A DNA stretch of 24,222 nucleotides. It comes from a bacterium (lineage in GTDB: Bacteria; Krumholzibacteriota; Krumholzibacteriia; LZORAL124-64-63). Below are positions 1-7,359 of this stretch, piece after piece. How positions within the stretch are numbered: the stretch's first letter is position 1; each line of letters opens with the position of its first letter. Where the stretch lies: NCBI GenBank assembly GCA_031441465.1, contig JANOEP010000028.1, positions 1 to 24,222 of the forward strand, given 5' to 3'. The notes below the pieces were generated by a model. The model had not been told where the DNA came from, did not search any database, and worked only from the letters and a program-made list of their open reading frames with translations. Both the position numbers and the translations under genes were made by a program.

Positions 1-140
1 GGGGGCGTCGCTGTGGTCGATCCCGTGGCGGGACAGGGTGGTACCCTATCGCGCGAAAACGGGGTGGCAACCTATCGGGCGAAAACGGCCTGGTACCCTA
101 TGAGGCGAGAACGTGGTCTACTATAGGGCGAAAGATGACA
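1..140. mobile_element. Terminal region of a probable IS21-family (or other multi-repeat-ended DDE) element running off the left edge
   Basis: Four imperfect direct repeats (39-61 TGGTACCCTATCGCGCGAAAACG, 65-87 TGGCAACCTATCGGGCGAAAACG, 91-113 TGGTACCCTATGAGGCGAGAACG, 114-136 TGGTCTACTATAGGGCGAAAGAT) end at TGACA 136-140, which reads 5'-TGTCA on the minus strand. TG...CA termini with tandem transposase-binding repeats are typical of IS21-family ends. No transposase is visible in the window. Confidence 0.6.
39..136 (+). repeat. 4 x ~23-bp imperfect direct repeat (periods 26, 26, 23 bp)
   Basis: Core TGGnnnnCTATnnnGCGAnA is directly visible four times. Confidence 0.9.
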
Positions 141-413
141 GCCGAGGGCATCCAGAACTTTCGCCTGGACTTCTTCGACGCCTCGGACGCCCCCTTGGGC
201 AGCACGTCGGTCCTGGTGGGCCCGCTCGGGATGTCGGCGCCGATGGTCTACACCTTCGCCAGTCCGGTGTCGGACGTGAAGCGCGTGGACCTGGTCGTGC
301 TCACGCTCAATCCCAACCAGCGGTTGGAGATCCGCGAGGTGGCCTTCAACTCGGAGGACGTCGTGGCGACGCAGTCGGCCACCTGGTCCCAGGTGAAGGC
401 GCTCTTCAGGTAG
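141..413 (+). pseudogene. 3' remnant of a probable secreted beta-sandwich protein with a C-terminal VATxxxTWSxVKALFR tail
   Basis: Coding-like GC3 bias begins right after TGACA. The ATG at 135 lies inside the repeat end and no signal peptide follows. The ORF ends ...VVATQSATWSQVKALFR and is followed by a terminator-like hairpin. Confidence 0.65.
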
Positions 414-438
414 GTTTCCGAAGCTCGGGTTCAGTAGA

Positions 439-483
439 CCCTCGGCCGGGACACCTCCCGGCCGGGGGCTCTTCGTATCTTGT
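439..483 (+). terminator. Probable intrinsic terminator
   Basis: 13-bp stem CCCTCGGCCGGGA / TCCCGGCCGGGGG (one G-U pair), CACC loop, then T-rich CTCTTCGTATCTT. Confidence 0.6.
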
Positions 484-544
484 GCCGTCGAGATTGTGTC
501 CGTCCTTCGGGATGCCCCACCCATGAAAATCTTGCCGTCTCGCC

Positions 545-573
545 TTGACGGATGGTTCTTTCTGTATCATTAT
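545..573 (+). promoter_or_regulatory. Sigma70-type promoter for the tetR-RND operon
   Basis: TTGACG (545-550), N17, CATTAT (568-573) in an AT-rich patch upstream of AGGAGG (605-610). Confidence 0.5.
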
Positions 574-605
574 ACCTACCGGTAGTGCTTATCTTCCGGT
601 AGGTA
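573..605. promoter_or_regulatory. Tandem palindromic TetR-family operators
   Basis: TACCTACCGGTAGTGC (573-588) and TATCTTCCGGTAGGTA (590-605) match the perfect palindrome TACCTACCGGTAGGTA at 13/16 and 14/16. They lie between the -10 and the RBS of tetR. Confidence 0.7.
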
Positions 606-618
606 GGAGGCTTAACTC

Positions 619-1257
619 ATGGAACAGACTCCGATTACCGAAATCGCGGTTCGGGACCGCCTCCTGGAGGCCGCGATCTCGCTCTTCGCCCGCAAGGGGT
701 ACCACGCGACCTCGGTGCGGGAGATCGTGGAGGCCGCCGGGGTCACCAAGCCGGTGCTCTACTACTGGTTCCGCAGCAAGGAAGGCGTGTTCCGGCAGCT
801 CATGGATGACGCCGTCGCAGTCCATCGGGGGGTGCTGGAGGAAGTGCGGGCCACCGGCGGCACGGTCTCCGACCGTGTCCAGCTCCTGTGCGAGCGGGTG
901 ATGGCGCTGGCGGCCGAGAACGTCGACTTCGTCAGGACCCTGGACTCCGTCTACTACGGGCCGCGCGAGGGCGCGCCGGCCGTCGATTTCGACGAGCTGT
1001 ACGGCGAATTCGACCGCAACCTCCGCGCCCTCGTCGAGGAGGGCGCTGAGTCGGGCGAGTTCCGCGGCGACGTCGAGGCGATGCACCACGCGCTGCTGGG
1101 CGCGTTCCTGATCTGCAAGGCGACGGTCGCCATGGAGGATCATCAGGCGCATGGCTGTCATGCGGCGCCGGGGGCGTTGGACGTACGAGGGGTTGTTTCG
1201 GTCGTGTTGAAGGGAATGTGCGTCGGTGGGCGCGAGGTCGAGGAGGAACAGCGATGA
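619..1257 (+). CDS. TetR/AcrR family transcriptional regulator
   Basis: N-terminal HTH (AAISLFARKGYHATSVREIVEAAGVTKPVLYYWFRSKEG), AGGAGG RBS, first gene of the efflux operon. Confidence 0.95.
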   Translation: MEQTPITEIAVRDRLLEAAISLFARKGYHATSVREIVEAAGVTKPVLYYWFRSKEGVFRQLMDDAVAVHRGVLEEVRATGGTVSDRVQLLCERVMALAAENVDFVRTLDSVYYGPREGAPAVDFDELYGEFDRNLRALVEEGAESGEFRGDVEAMHHALLGAFLICKATVAMEDHQAHGCHAAPGALDVRGVVSVVLKGMCVGGREVEEEQR

Positions 1258-2366
1258 CGGGCAAGTTGAGTTCGGTTCTCCGGTGTCTGGTCCTGATCGC
1301 GGGTGCGGCGGTGATGGCGGGGTGCGGTCGCGAGGGCGACGCCACCGACGTCGGCAAGCCGCCGGTCGCGGTGGAGGTCGCCGAGGCGCGTGCGGACACC
1401 CTGGCCGAGTCGGTGGATGTCGTGGGGTCGCTCGCGCCCAAGCGCGAGGCCGACGTGCGGTCGGAAATCTCCGGGACCGTGACCGCCGTCCCGGTCACCG
1501 AGTGGGTCGCGGTCCGGCGCGGGGACGTGCTGGCGCGGCTCGATTCGCGCGAGACCGACGCCGCTCTGGCCGCAGCGCGGGCCGACCTGGCCCGAGCGCA
1601 GGCGGCCGAGACGCGCGCGGCGCGCGAACTGGAGCGCGGCGAGCGGCTGAAGGCGGCGGGTCTGGCGACCCAGCAGTCGCTGGACGACGCGCACACCGAG
1701 CACGAGGCGGCGCAGGCGTCGACCGCTGCGGCCGGCGCGCAGCTCGCCTACGCACAGAGCCGTGCCGACAAGGCCGTGCTGCGCGCTCCCATCGACGGGG
1801 TCGTGGCGTACCGGGGCGCCCATGTGGGCGACTACGTGGAGAACATGGGCGCGCCGCCCCTGTTCAGGATCGTGGACAACCGGCTGCTCGACCTGACGGT
1901 GACCGTGCCGGCGGCGCGCAGCGCGCAGGTCGCCGTCGGCCAGCGCCTGACCTTCGCCACCGAGGCGCTGCCGGACCGCGTGTTCGTCGGCGTCGTGGCG
2001 CACGTCAACCCCGCCTTCGACGAGGCGAGCCGCACGCTCAAGGTCGTCGCCGAGGTGCCCAACGAGGGCGGCGAGCTGCGCGGCGGGCTCTTCGTCAGCG
2101 GCAGCATCGAGACGGGCCGGCGCGACGCCGTGCTGATGGTGCCGCGCGAGGCGCTGCTGACCTGGGACGTGGCGTCGGGCAGGGCCGAGGTCTTCGTCGT
2201 GAACGGCGAGACGGCGCAGCGGCGGCAGGTGCGCGTGGGGGGGGCGGTCGGCGGCCGGGTCGAGGTCCTGGACGGGCTGGCGGCCGGCGAACGGCTCGTG
2301 GTGCGTGGGGCCTTCAACCTGCGGGACGGCGATCGCGTGCGCGTGGTCGCCGGCGGGGAGGCGTGA
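1254..2366 (+). CDS. RND efflux periplasmic adaptor (MFP, AcrA/HlyD-like), lipoprotein
   Basis: ATGA overlap with the tetR stop, GAGGAGGA RBS, lipobox-like VMAG-C, lipoyl halves (VRSEISGTV, LRAPIDGVV), alpha-hairpin, C-terminal VEVLDGLAAGERLVVRG. Confidence 0.93.
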   Translation: MTGKLSSVLRCLVLIAGAAVMAGCGREGDATDVGKPPVAVEVAEARADTLAESVDVVGSLAPKREADVRSEISGTVTAVPVTEWVAVRRGDVLARLDSRETDAALAAARADLARAQAAETRAARELERGERLKAAGLATQQSLDDAHTEHEAAQASTAAAGAQLAYAQSRADKAVLRAPIDGVVAYRGAHVGDYVENMGAPPLFRIVDNRLLDLTVTVPAARSAQVAVGQRLTFATEALPDRVFVGVVAHVNPAFDEASRTLKVVAEVPNEGGELRGGLFVSGSIETGRRDAVLMVPREALLTWDVASGRAEVFVVNGETAQRRQVRVGGAVGGRVEVLDGLAAGERLVVRGAFNLRDGDRVRVVAGGEA

Positions 2367-2369
2367 GCG

Positions 2370-5300
2370 ATGTTCCTCTCCAACCTGTCGATCAAGCGGC
2401 CGGTCTTCGCCGCGGTGATGATGCTCGTGCTGGTGACCATGGGCCTGTTCTCCTACCGGCGCCTGGCCATCGACATGTGGCCGGACGTCGAGATCCCCTA
2501 CGTCACGGTCATCACCGTCTACCCGGGCGCGGCGCCTGGGACCGTCGAGCGTGAGGTCAGCAAGCGCATCGAGGAGGCGGTCAACCCCATCTCCGGCGTC
2601 AAGCACGTGGGCTCGGTGTCGCGTGAGGGCGTCTCCACGGTGTGGATCGAGTTCGAGCTGGAGGTCGACGTCGCCGAGGCCGTGCAGGAGGCGCGCGTCA
2701 AGGTCAGCGCCATCCGCGACGACCTGCCCGACGACATCGCCGAGCCCGTGGTTGAGAAGATCGACTTCTCGTCGCTGCCGATCGTGTCGCTGGCCGTCCG
2801 GTCGCAGACCCTGTCGCCGCGCGAGCTGACCGACCTGGCGGACAAGACCGTGCAGCGCCGCGTGGAGAACCTGCCCGGCGTCGGCAAGGTGGACCTCGTC
2901 GGCACCTCGTTCCGCGAGGTCGGGATCGAGGTGCTGCCCCAGCGGTTGGAGGCGTTGGCCCTCGGCGTCGACGACGTGATCGACGGCCTGCGCGCCGAGA
3001 ACGTCGACGTGCCGGTCGGCCGCGTCAACCGCGGCGGCGCCGAGTACCCCCTGCGGGTCTCCGGCAAGCCGACCGAGGTCGCGCAGTACGCCGACCTCGT
3101 GATCGCCGACCTCGACGGCCTGCCGGTCGCCCTGGGCGACGTGGCGCGCGTGGTGGACGGCGTCGAGGAGCGGCGCACGCTGGCCCTGGTGGACGGCGAG
3201 CCCGCCGTCGCCCTGGACGTGATCAAGCAGAGCGGCGCCAACACCGTGGCCGTGGTCGAGGCCGTGAAGCGGGAGATCGCGGCGCTGCAGCGGGACCTGC
3301 CCGCGGGCACGACCGTCGAGCTGGTGCGCGACGGTTCCACCGCCATCCGCGACTCGGTGCGCGACGTGCAGGAGACCCTGGTCATCGGCGCCCTGCTGAC
3401 CGTGCTGATCGTCTTCTGCTTCCTCAACTCCTGGCGCTCCACCGTGATCACAGGCCTGACCCTGCCGATCTCGGTGATCTCGTCGTTCATCGTCATGAAC
3501 TTCGCCGGCATGTCCCTGAACACGATGACGCTCATGGCGCTGTCGCTGTCGATCGGCCTGCTGATCGACGACGCCATCGTCGTGCGCGAGAACATCGTCC
3601 GGCACCTCGAGCGGGGGAAGGGCCACCACGACGCCGCCCGCGACGGCACGGCCGAGATCGGCATGGCCGTGCTCGCCACCACGCTGTCGATCATCGCGGT
3701 CTTCGTGCCGGTGGCGTTCATGAAGGGCATCGTCGGCCGCTTCTTCCGCGATTTCGGCATCACGGTGGCCTTCGCGGTGATGGTCTCGCTCTTCGTCTCG
3801 TTCACGCTCGATCCGATGCTCTCGTCGCGCTGGGTCGACCCCGACGTGGCGCGCACCGGCCGCCGGCACCTCGTGGCGCGCGTCCTGGACCGCTTCAACG
3901 CCTGGTTCGACCGCATGGCGGACCGTTACCGCGGCATGATCGGCTGGGCGCTCGACCACCGCCGCACGGTCGTCGCCCTGGCGGTGGCGACCTTCGTGGG
4001 CGGCCTGGCCGTGATGGGCCTGCTGCGCTCGGAGTTCATGCCCGGCTACGACCAGGGCGAGTTCCGCATCGGCTTCCTCGCCGCGCCCGACGCTTCGCTC
4101 GCCGAGACCGAGTCGCGGCTGCGAGCCGTGCTGCAGGTGCTCGAGGACGTCCCGGAGATCGAGCGGACCTACGGCACCGTCGGCGCCGGCGACGACGGCA
4201 CCGTCCGCGACGGCGGCGTGTTCGCGAAGCTGGTCGAGCGCGGGAAACGCGACCGCTCGCAGGAGGAGATCGTGCGCGATGTGCGGCTCAGGCTGCAGGC
4301 GGTCCCGGGCATCGTGCCGTCGATCACGGGCGTCGAGATGATGAACCAGCAGAAGCCCCTGCAGATCGGCATCCGGGGCGAGGATCTCGGCCTGCTCAAG
4401 CAGTACGCGGCGCAGCTGAAGGACGCCCTGTACGGCGTCCCGGGCATCGTGGACCTCGAGTCGTCCCTGGAGACCGACTCGCCGGAGTACCGGCTCGTTG
4501 TCGACCGCAACCGCGCCGCGGACGTGGGGCTGGGCTCCGGCGACATCGTCCAGGCGGTCTCGGTCCTGGTCGGCGGCCAGGCCGTGACCACCTTCGAGGA
4601 GAGCGACGGCGACGCCGTGCCGGTGCGGGTGCGCCTGCCGGTGGCCCTGCGCGGCGACGTCGCGCAGGTCGAGGCGCTGCGGCTCTCGACGGAGGACGGC
4701 GGTCTGGTGCCGCTCGGCGATCTGATGCGCCACGAGGTCAGTTCCACACCGTCGCAGATCGTGCGCCAGGACCTCTCGCGCGAAGTGACGGTCTCGGCGG
4801 GACTCGACGGCCTGCCCCTGGGCACGGCGGCGACCGTCGCGCGCGACGCCGCCGCCGGACTGCAGATGGCGCCGGGATACCGGGTCGTGCTGTCGGGCGA
4901 CGCCGAGCACATGGAGGAGTCGTTCGGCTACATGGGCGAGGCGCTGCTGCTGGCGGTGATCATGGTCTACCTGATCCTGGCGGCGCAGTTCGAGTCGTTC
5001 GTCGACCCGCTGTCGATCATGCTCTCGCTGCCACTGGCCCTGGTCGGCATGGCGGCCACGCTGCTGCTGACGGGCGACTTCCTGAGCATCATCTCGCTGA
5101 TCGGCCTGATCATGCTGATGGGCCTGGTGACCAAGAACGCGATCCTGCTGGTGGACTACACCAAGACGCTGCGCGACCGCGGTCTGGAACGCCGCGCGGC
5201 CCTGATCGAGGCCGGCCGCACGCGCCTGCGCCCGATCATGATGACGACCCTGGCGATGATCTTCGGCATGCTGCCCACCGCGCTGGCGCTGGGCGCGGGC

Positions 5301-6776
5301 GCCGAGATGCGCGCGCCGATGGGCCGCGCCGTGATCGGCGGCCTGATCACCTCGACCCTGCTGACGCTGATCGTGGTGCCCGTCGTCTACTCGCTGCTGG
5401 ACGACCTGGTCGCGCGCCGGCGCCGCAAGTCGGCGCCGCGCGCGGCGACGTCCCCCGCGGCGACCGGCGCCGTCCTGCTGCTGATCCTGCTGGCGGTGTC
5501 CGCGCTGGTGCCGGGTGCGGTCCGGGCCCAGGGCGCCGCGACCGCCGATACGCTGGTCCTCGACCTGCCCGCGGCCCAGAGGATGGCGCGCGAGCGCAGC
5601 CGCGACGTGACGCGGGCGCGCGAGTACCAGGCCTGGGTGCACGGGAAGTACGTCGAGGAGCGCGCGGGCGCGCTGCCGGAACTCGAGCTCGGCGCCGGAG
5701 CGTCGCGCCAGCGCGACGAGAGCCAGACGGCCCTGACGGGCGGTCTGTTCCCGCCCCAGCAGGACGTGTTCTACGGCCAGGCGGCCCTATCCCAGGCGAT
5801 CTTCACCTGGGGTCAGGTCGGTGCGGCCGTCCACGCGGCGAAGGAAGGGATGGCGCAGGCCGACGACCGGCTCGACGGCGCGCGGCAGGACGCCGTCATG
5901 TCGGCGACGGAGGCCTACTGCGACCTCCTGCTGGCGCGCGAACTGGCGGCGCTCGCCGCGCGCAACCTCGTCCTGAAGCAGAGCCATTTCGAGCAGGCGC
6001 AGCGCAAGTACGACGAGGGGACGGCCACGGACTACGAGGTCCTGGCCGCCCGCGTGGCGGTGCAGAACGCCCGCCCCGACGCCATCCGCACCGCCAACCT
6101 GATCCGCACCGCCCGCGAGCGGCTGCGCTTCGTGCTAGCGTGCGATCGCGAGGTAGACGTCGTCGGCGAACTGGCCCCCGGAGACACCCTGTCGCCGCCG
6201 CCGGACTACGCGACGGCGCTCGCCACGGCGCTCGCCCGGCGTCCCGATCTGGCGGCGGCCGCCCACCAGCGCGCCATCCAGCACGACCTGGTGAAAATCT
6301 ACAGTGCGGCGGACAAGCCGCGCGTGGACCTCGCGGCGGCCTGGGGTCAGCGCCGGTACGAGATCGAAGGCCTGGCCGTGGACGGCCCCTACTGGAGCGC
6401 GGGCTTGACCATGTCGTTCCCCATCTTCGACGGGCTGCGCACGCGCGGCCGGGTCGCCCAGGCCCGCAGCGATCTGCGGATCTCCGAGGTCGACGAAGCC
6501 CAGCTGCGCGATCGCATCACGCTGGAAGTGCGGACCGCGGTCAACGCCGTGGAGGAGGCGCGCGGGATCGAAGTCGCGCTGGCGGGCACGGCCGGGGAGG
6601 CCCGCCGCCTGCTGCGCATGGCCGAGGACGGGTTCACGCTGGGGGTCAAGACCCTGCTGGACGTCGAGGACGCGCAGCTCAACCTGATGAGCGCCGAGGG
6701 CAACCTCGCCCGCGCGCGCCGCGACCGCATGGTGGCGGAGGTCGGGCTGGAGCGGGTGCAAGGGAGCTTGGACTGA
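2370..6776 (+). CDS. Fusion of AcrB/AcrD/AcrF-family RND permease (about aa 1-1015) and TolC-family outer-membrane factor (about aa 1054-1468)
   Basis: RND motifs SIKRPVFA, GLLIDDAIVVRENI, GLVTKNAILLVD and RLRPIMMT. The C-terminal part has two OEP-like halves (LSQAIFTWG; GLTMSFPIFDG; GVKTLLDVEDAQ). One uninterrupted frame. Confidence 0.93.
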   Translation: MFLSNLSIKRPVFAAVMMLVLVTMGLFSYRRLAIDMWPDVEIPYVTVITVYPGAAPGTVEREVSKRIEEAVNPISGVKHVGSVSREGVSTVWIEFELEVDVAEAVQEARVKVSAIRDDLPDDIAEPVVEKIDFSSLPIVSLAVRSQTLSPRELTDLADKTVQRRVENLPGVGKVDLVGTSFREVGIEVLPQRLEALALGVDDVIDGLRAENVDVPVGRVNRGGAEYPLRVSGKPTEVAQYADLVIADLDGLPVALGDVARVVDGVEERRTLALVDGEPAVALDVIKQSGANTVAVVEAVKREIAALQRDLPAGTTVELVRDGSTAIRDSVRDVQETLVIGALLTVLIVFCFLNSWRSTVITGLTLPISVISSFIVMNFAGMSLNTMTLMALSLSIGLLIDDAIVVRENIVRHLERGKGHHDAARDGTAEIGMAVLATTLSIIAVFVPVAFMKGIVGRFFRDFGITVAFAVMVSLFVSFTLDPMLSSRWVDPDVARTGRRHLVARVLDRFNAWFDRMADRYRGMIGWALDHRRTVVALAVATFVGGLAVMGLLRSEFMPGYDQGEFRIGFLAAPDASLAETESRLRAVLQVLEDVPEIERTYGTVGAGDDGTVRDGGVFAKLVERGKRDRSQEEIVRDVRLRLQAVPGIVPSITGVEMMNQQKPLQIGIRGEDLGLLKQYAAQLKDALYGVPGIVDLESSLETDSPEYRLVVDRNRAADVGLGSGDIVQAVSVLVGGQAVTTFEESDGDAVPVRVRLPVALRGDVAQVEALRLSTEDGGLVPLGDLMRHEVSSTPSQIVRQDLSREVTVSAGLDGLPLGTAATVARDAAAGLQMAPGYRVVLSGDAEHMEESFGYMGEALLLAVIMVYLILAAQFESFVDPLSIMLSLPLALVGMAATLLLTGDFLSIISLIGLIMLMGLVTKNAILLVDYTKTLRDRGLERRAALIEAGRTRLRPIMMTTLAMIFGMLPTALALGAGAEMRAPMGRAVIGGLITSTLLTLIVVPVVYSLLDDLVARRRRKSAPRAATSPAATGAVLLLILLAVSALVPGAVRAQGAATADTLVLDLPAAQRMARERSRDVTRAREYQAWVHGKYVEERAGALPELELGAGASRQRDESQTALTGGLFPPQQDVFYGQAALSQAIFTWGQVGAAVHAAKEGMAQADDRLDGARQDAVMSATEAYCDLLLARELAALAARNLVLKQSHFEQAQRKYDEGTATDYEVLAARVAVQNARPDAIRTANLIRTARERLRFVLACDREVDVVGELAPGDTLSPPPDYATALATALARRPDLAAAAHQRAIQHDLVKIYSAADKPRVDLAAAWGQRRYEIEGLAVDGPYWSAGLTMSFPIFDGLRTRGRVAQARSDLRISEVDEAQLRDRITLEVRTAVNAVEEARGIEVALAGTAGEARRLLRMAEDGFTLGVKTLLDVEDAQLNLMSAEGNLARARRDRMVAEVGLERVQGSLD

Positions 6777-6809
6777 GGCGCTGGTTCCCGGCAAGCGGGC
6801 GGCGGTCGC

Positions 6810-7175
6810 TCACACGGAGGCGGTGGGTACCGGCACGAACTCCACCAGGAACTCGAGCCGGGGACCGCCCGCGCCGAGTTGCAGGACGTCGCCCGAGCGC
6901 AGGGCGGTCGGCCCCACCACCGGGCGGCCGTTGAGCAGGGTCCCGTTGCGGCTGCCGAGGTCCGTGACCAGGAAGCGCCCCGGTTCGGTGTCGGGCTCGA
7001 TGCGCGCGTGGTAGCGGCCCACGGCGTCGTCGAGCCGGGGAGCGAACCGCACGGCGGCCGAACGGGCGCGGCCGAGGATCAGTTCACGGTGCGCGCCCAG
7101 CGGCACCACGTCCACCTGGGCCGAGCGCGAGCCTGTGAGATGGCGAAAGATCACCTGCACGACGCCGACTTCCAT
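6810..7175 (-). CDS. Stand-alone FHA domain protein (121 aa)
   Basis: FHA motifs LILGR, VGRYHA (SxxH position has Gly), DLGSRNGT and LRSGDVLQLG. AAGGAGG RBS precedes the ATG at 7175. Confidence 0.88.
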   Translation of the reverse strand: MEVGVVQVIFRHLTGSRSAQVDVVPLGAHRELILGRARSAAVRFAPRLDDAVGRYHARIEPDTEPGRFLVTDLGSRNGTLLNGRPVVGPTALRSGDVLQLGAGGPRLEFLVEFVPVPTASV

Positions 7176-7201
7176 GGTGCGCGCCTCCTTCACCAAGGAG
7201 A

Positions 7202-7227
7202 GCGCAAGCGGCGGGTCCCGGGGATCA
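7202..7227 (-). promoter_or_regulatory. Candidate ECF-sigma promoter TGATCC-N16-GCGC (copy upstream of FHA)
   Basis: Minus strand reads TGATCC ccgggacccgccgctt GCGC. The same motif and spacing occur at 10286-10311(-) and 13593-13618(+). Confidence 0.6.
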
Positions 7228-7310
7228 CGGTTTCGTCGCGGGAAGAAGGGCGCGCATCCGCGCCGACCGCTCGCGGGACGCACCGACTTCAGGCGGCTCG
7301 ACGGTACGAC

Positions 7311-7340
7311 AAAGGGCCGGGCGCCGAGACGCCCGGCCCT
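7311..7340 (-). terminator. Intrinsic terminator after the 877-aa secreted protein gene
   Basis: Perfect 11-bp stem AGGGCCGGGCG / CGCCCGGCCCT with a 6-nt loop and a short T run on the minus strand, about 20 bp after the stop codon. Confidence 0.65.
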
Positions 7341-7359
7341 CACACGTCATGCCGAGGCC

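Larger units (their letters stand above)
6810..7281 (-). repeat. Copy 1 of a diverged direct repeat (kinase 3' tail + promoter motif + FHA gene)
   Basis: Aligns with 10071-10363. 7225-7281 encodes ...ERSARMRALLPATKP* versus the kinase end ...DRAAQVRALLPATTP*. Confidence 0.85.

Noticed and set aside
39..136. CRISPR array or plasmid iterons
   Set aside because: The repeats are separated by only 0-3 bp with no unique spacers, and no cas or rep gene is nearby. The TGACA terminus fits a transposon end better.
1158..5642. 1494-aa minus-strand ORF
   Set aside because: Antisense shadow of the RND genes caused by high-GC codon bias. The translation is R/H/Q/G-rich with no domain motifs.
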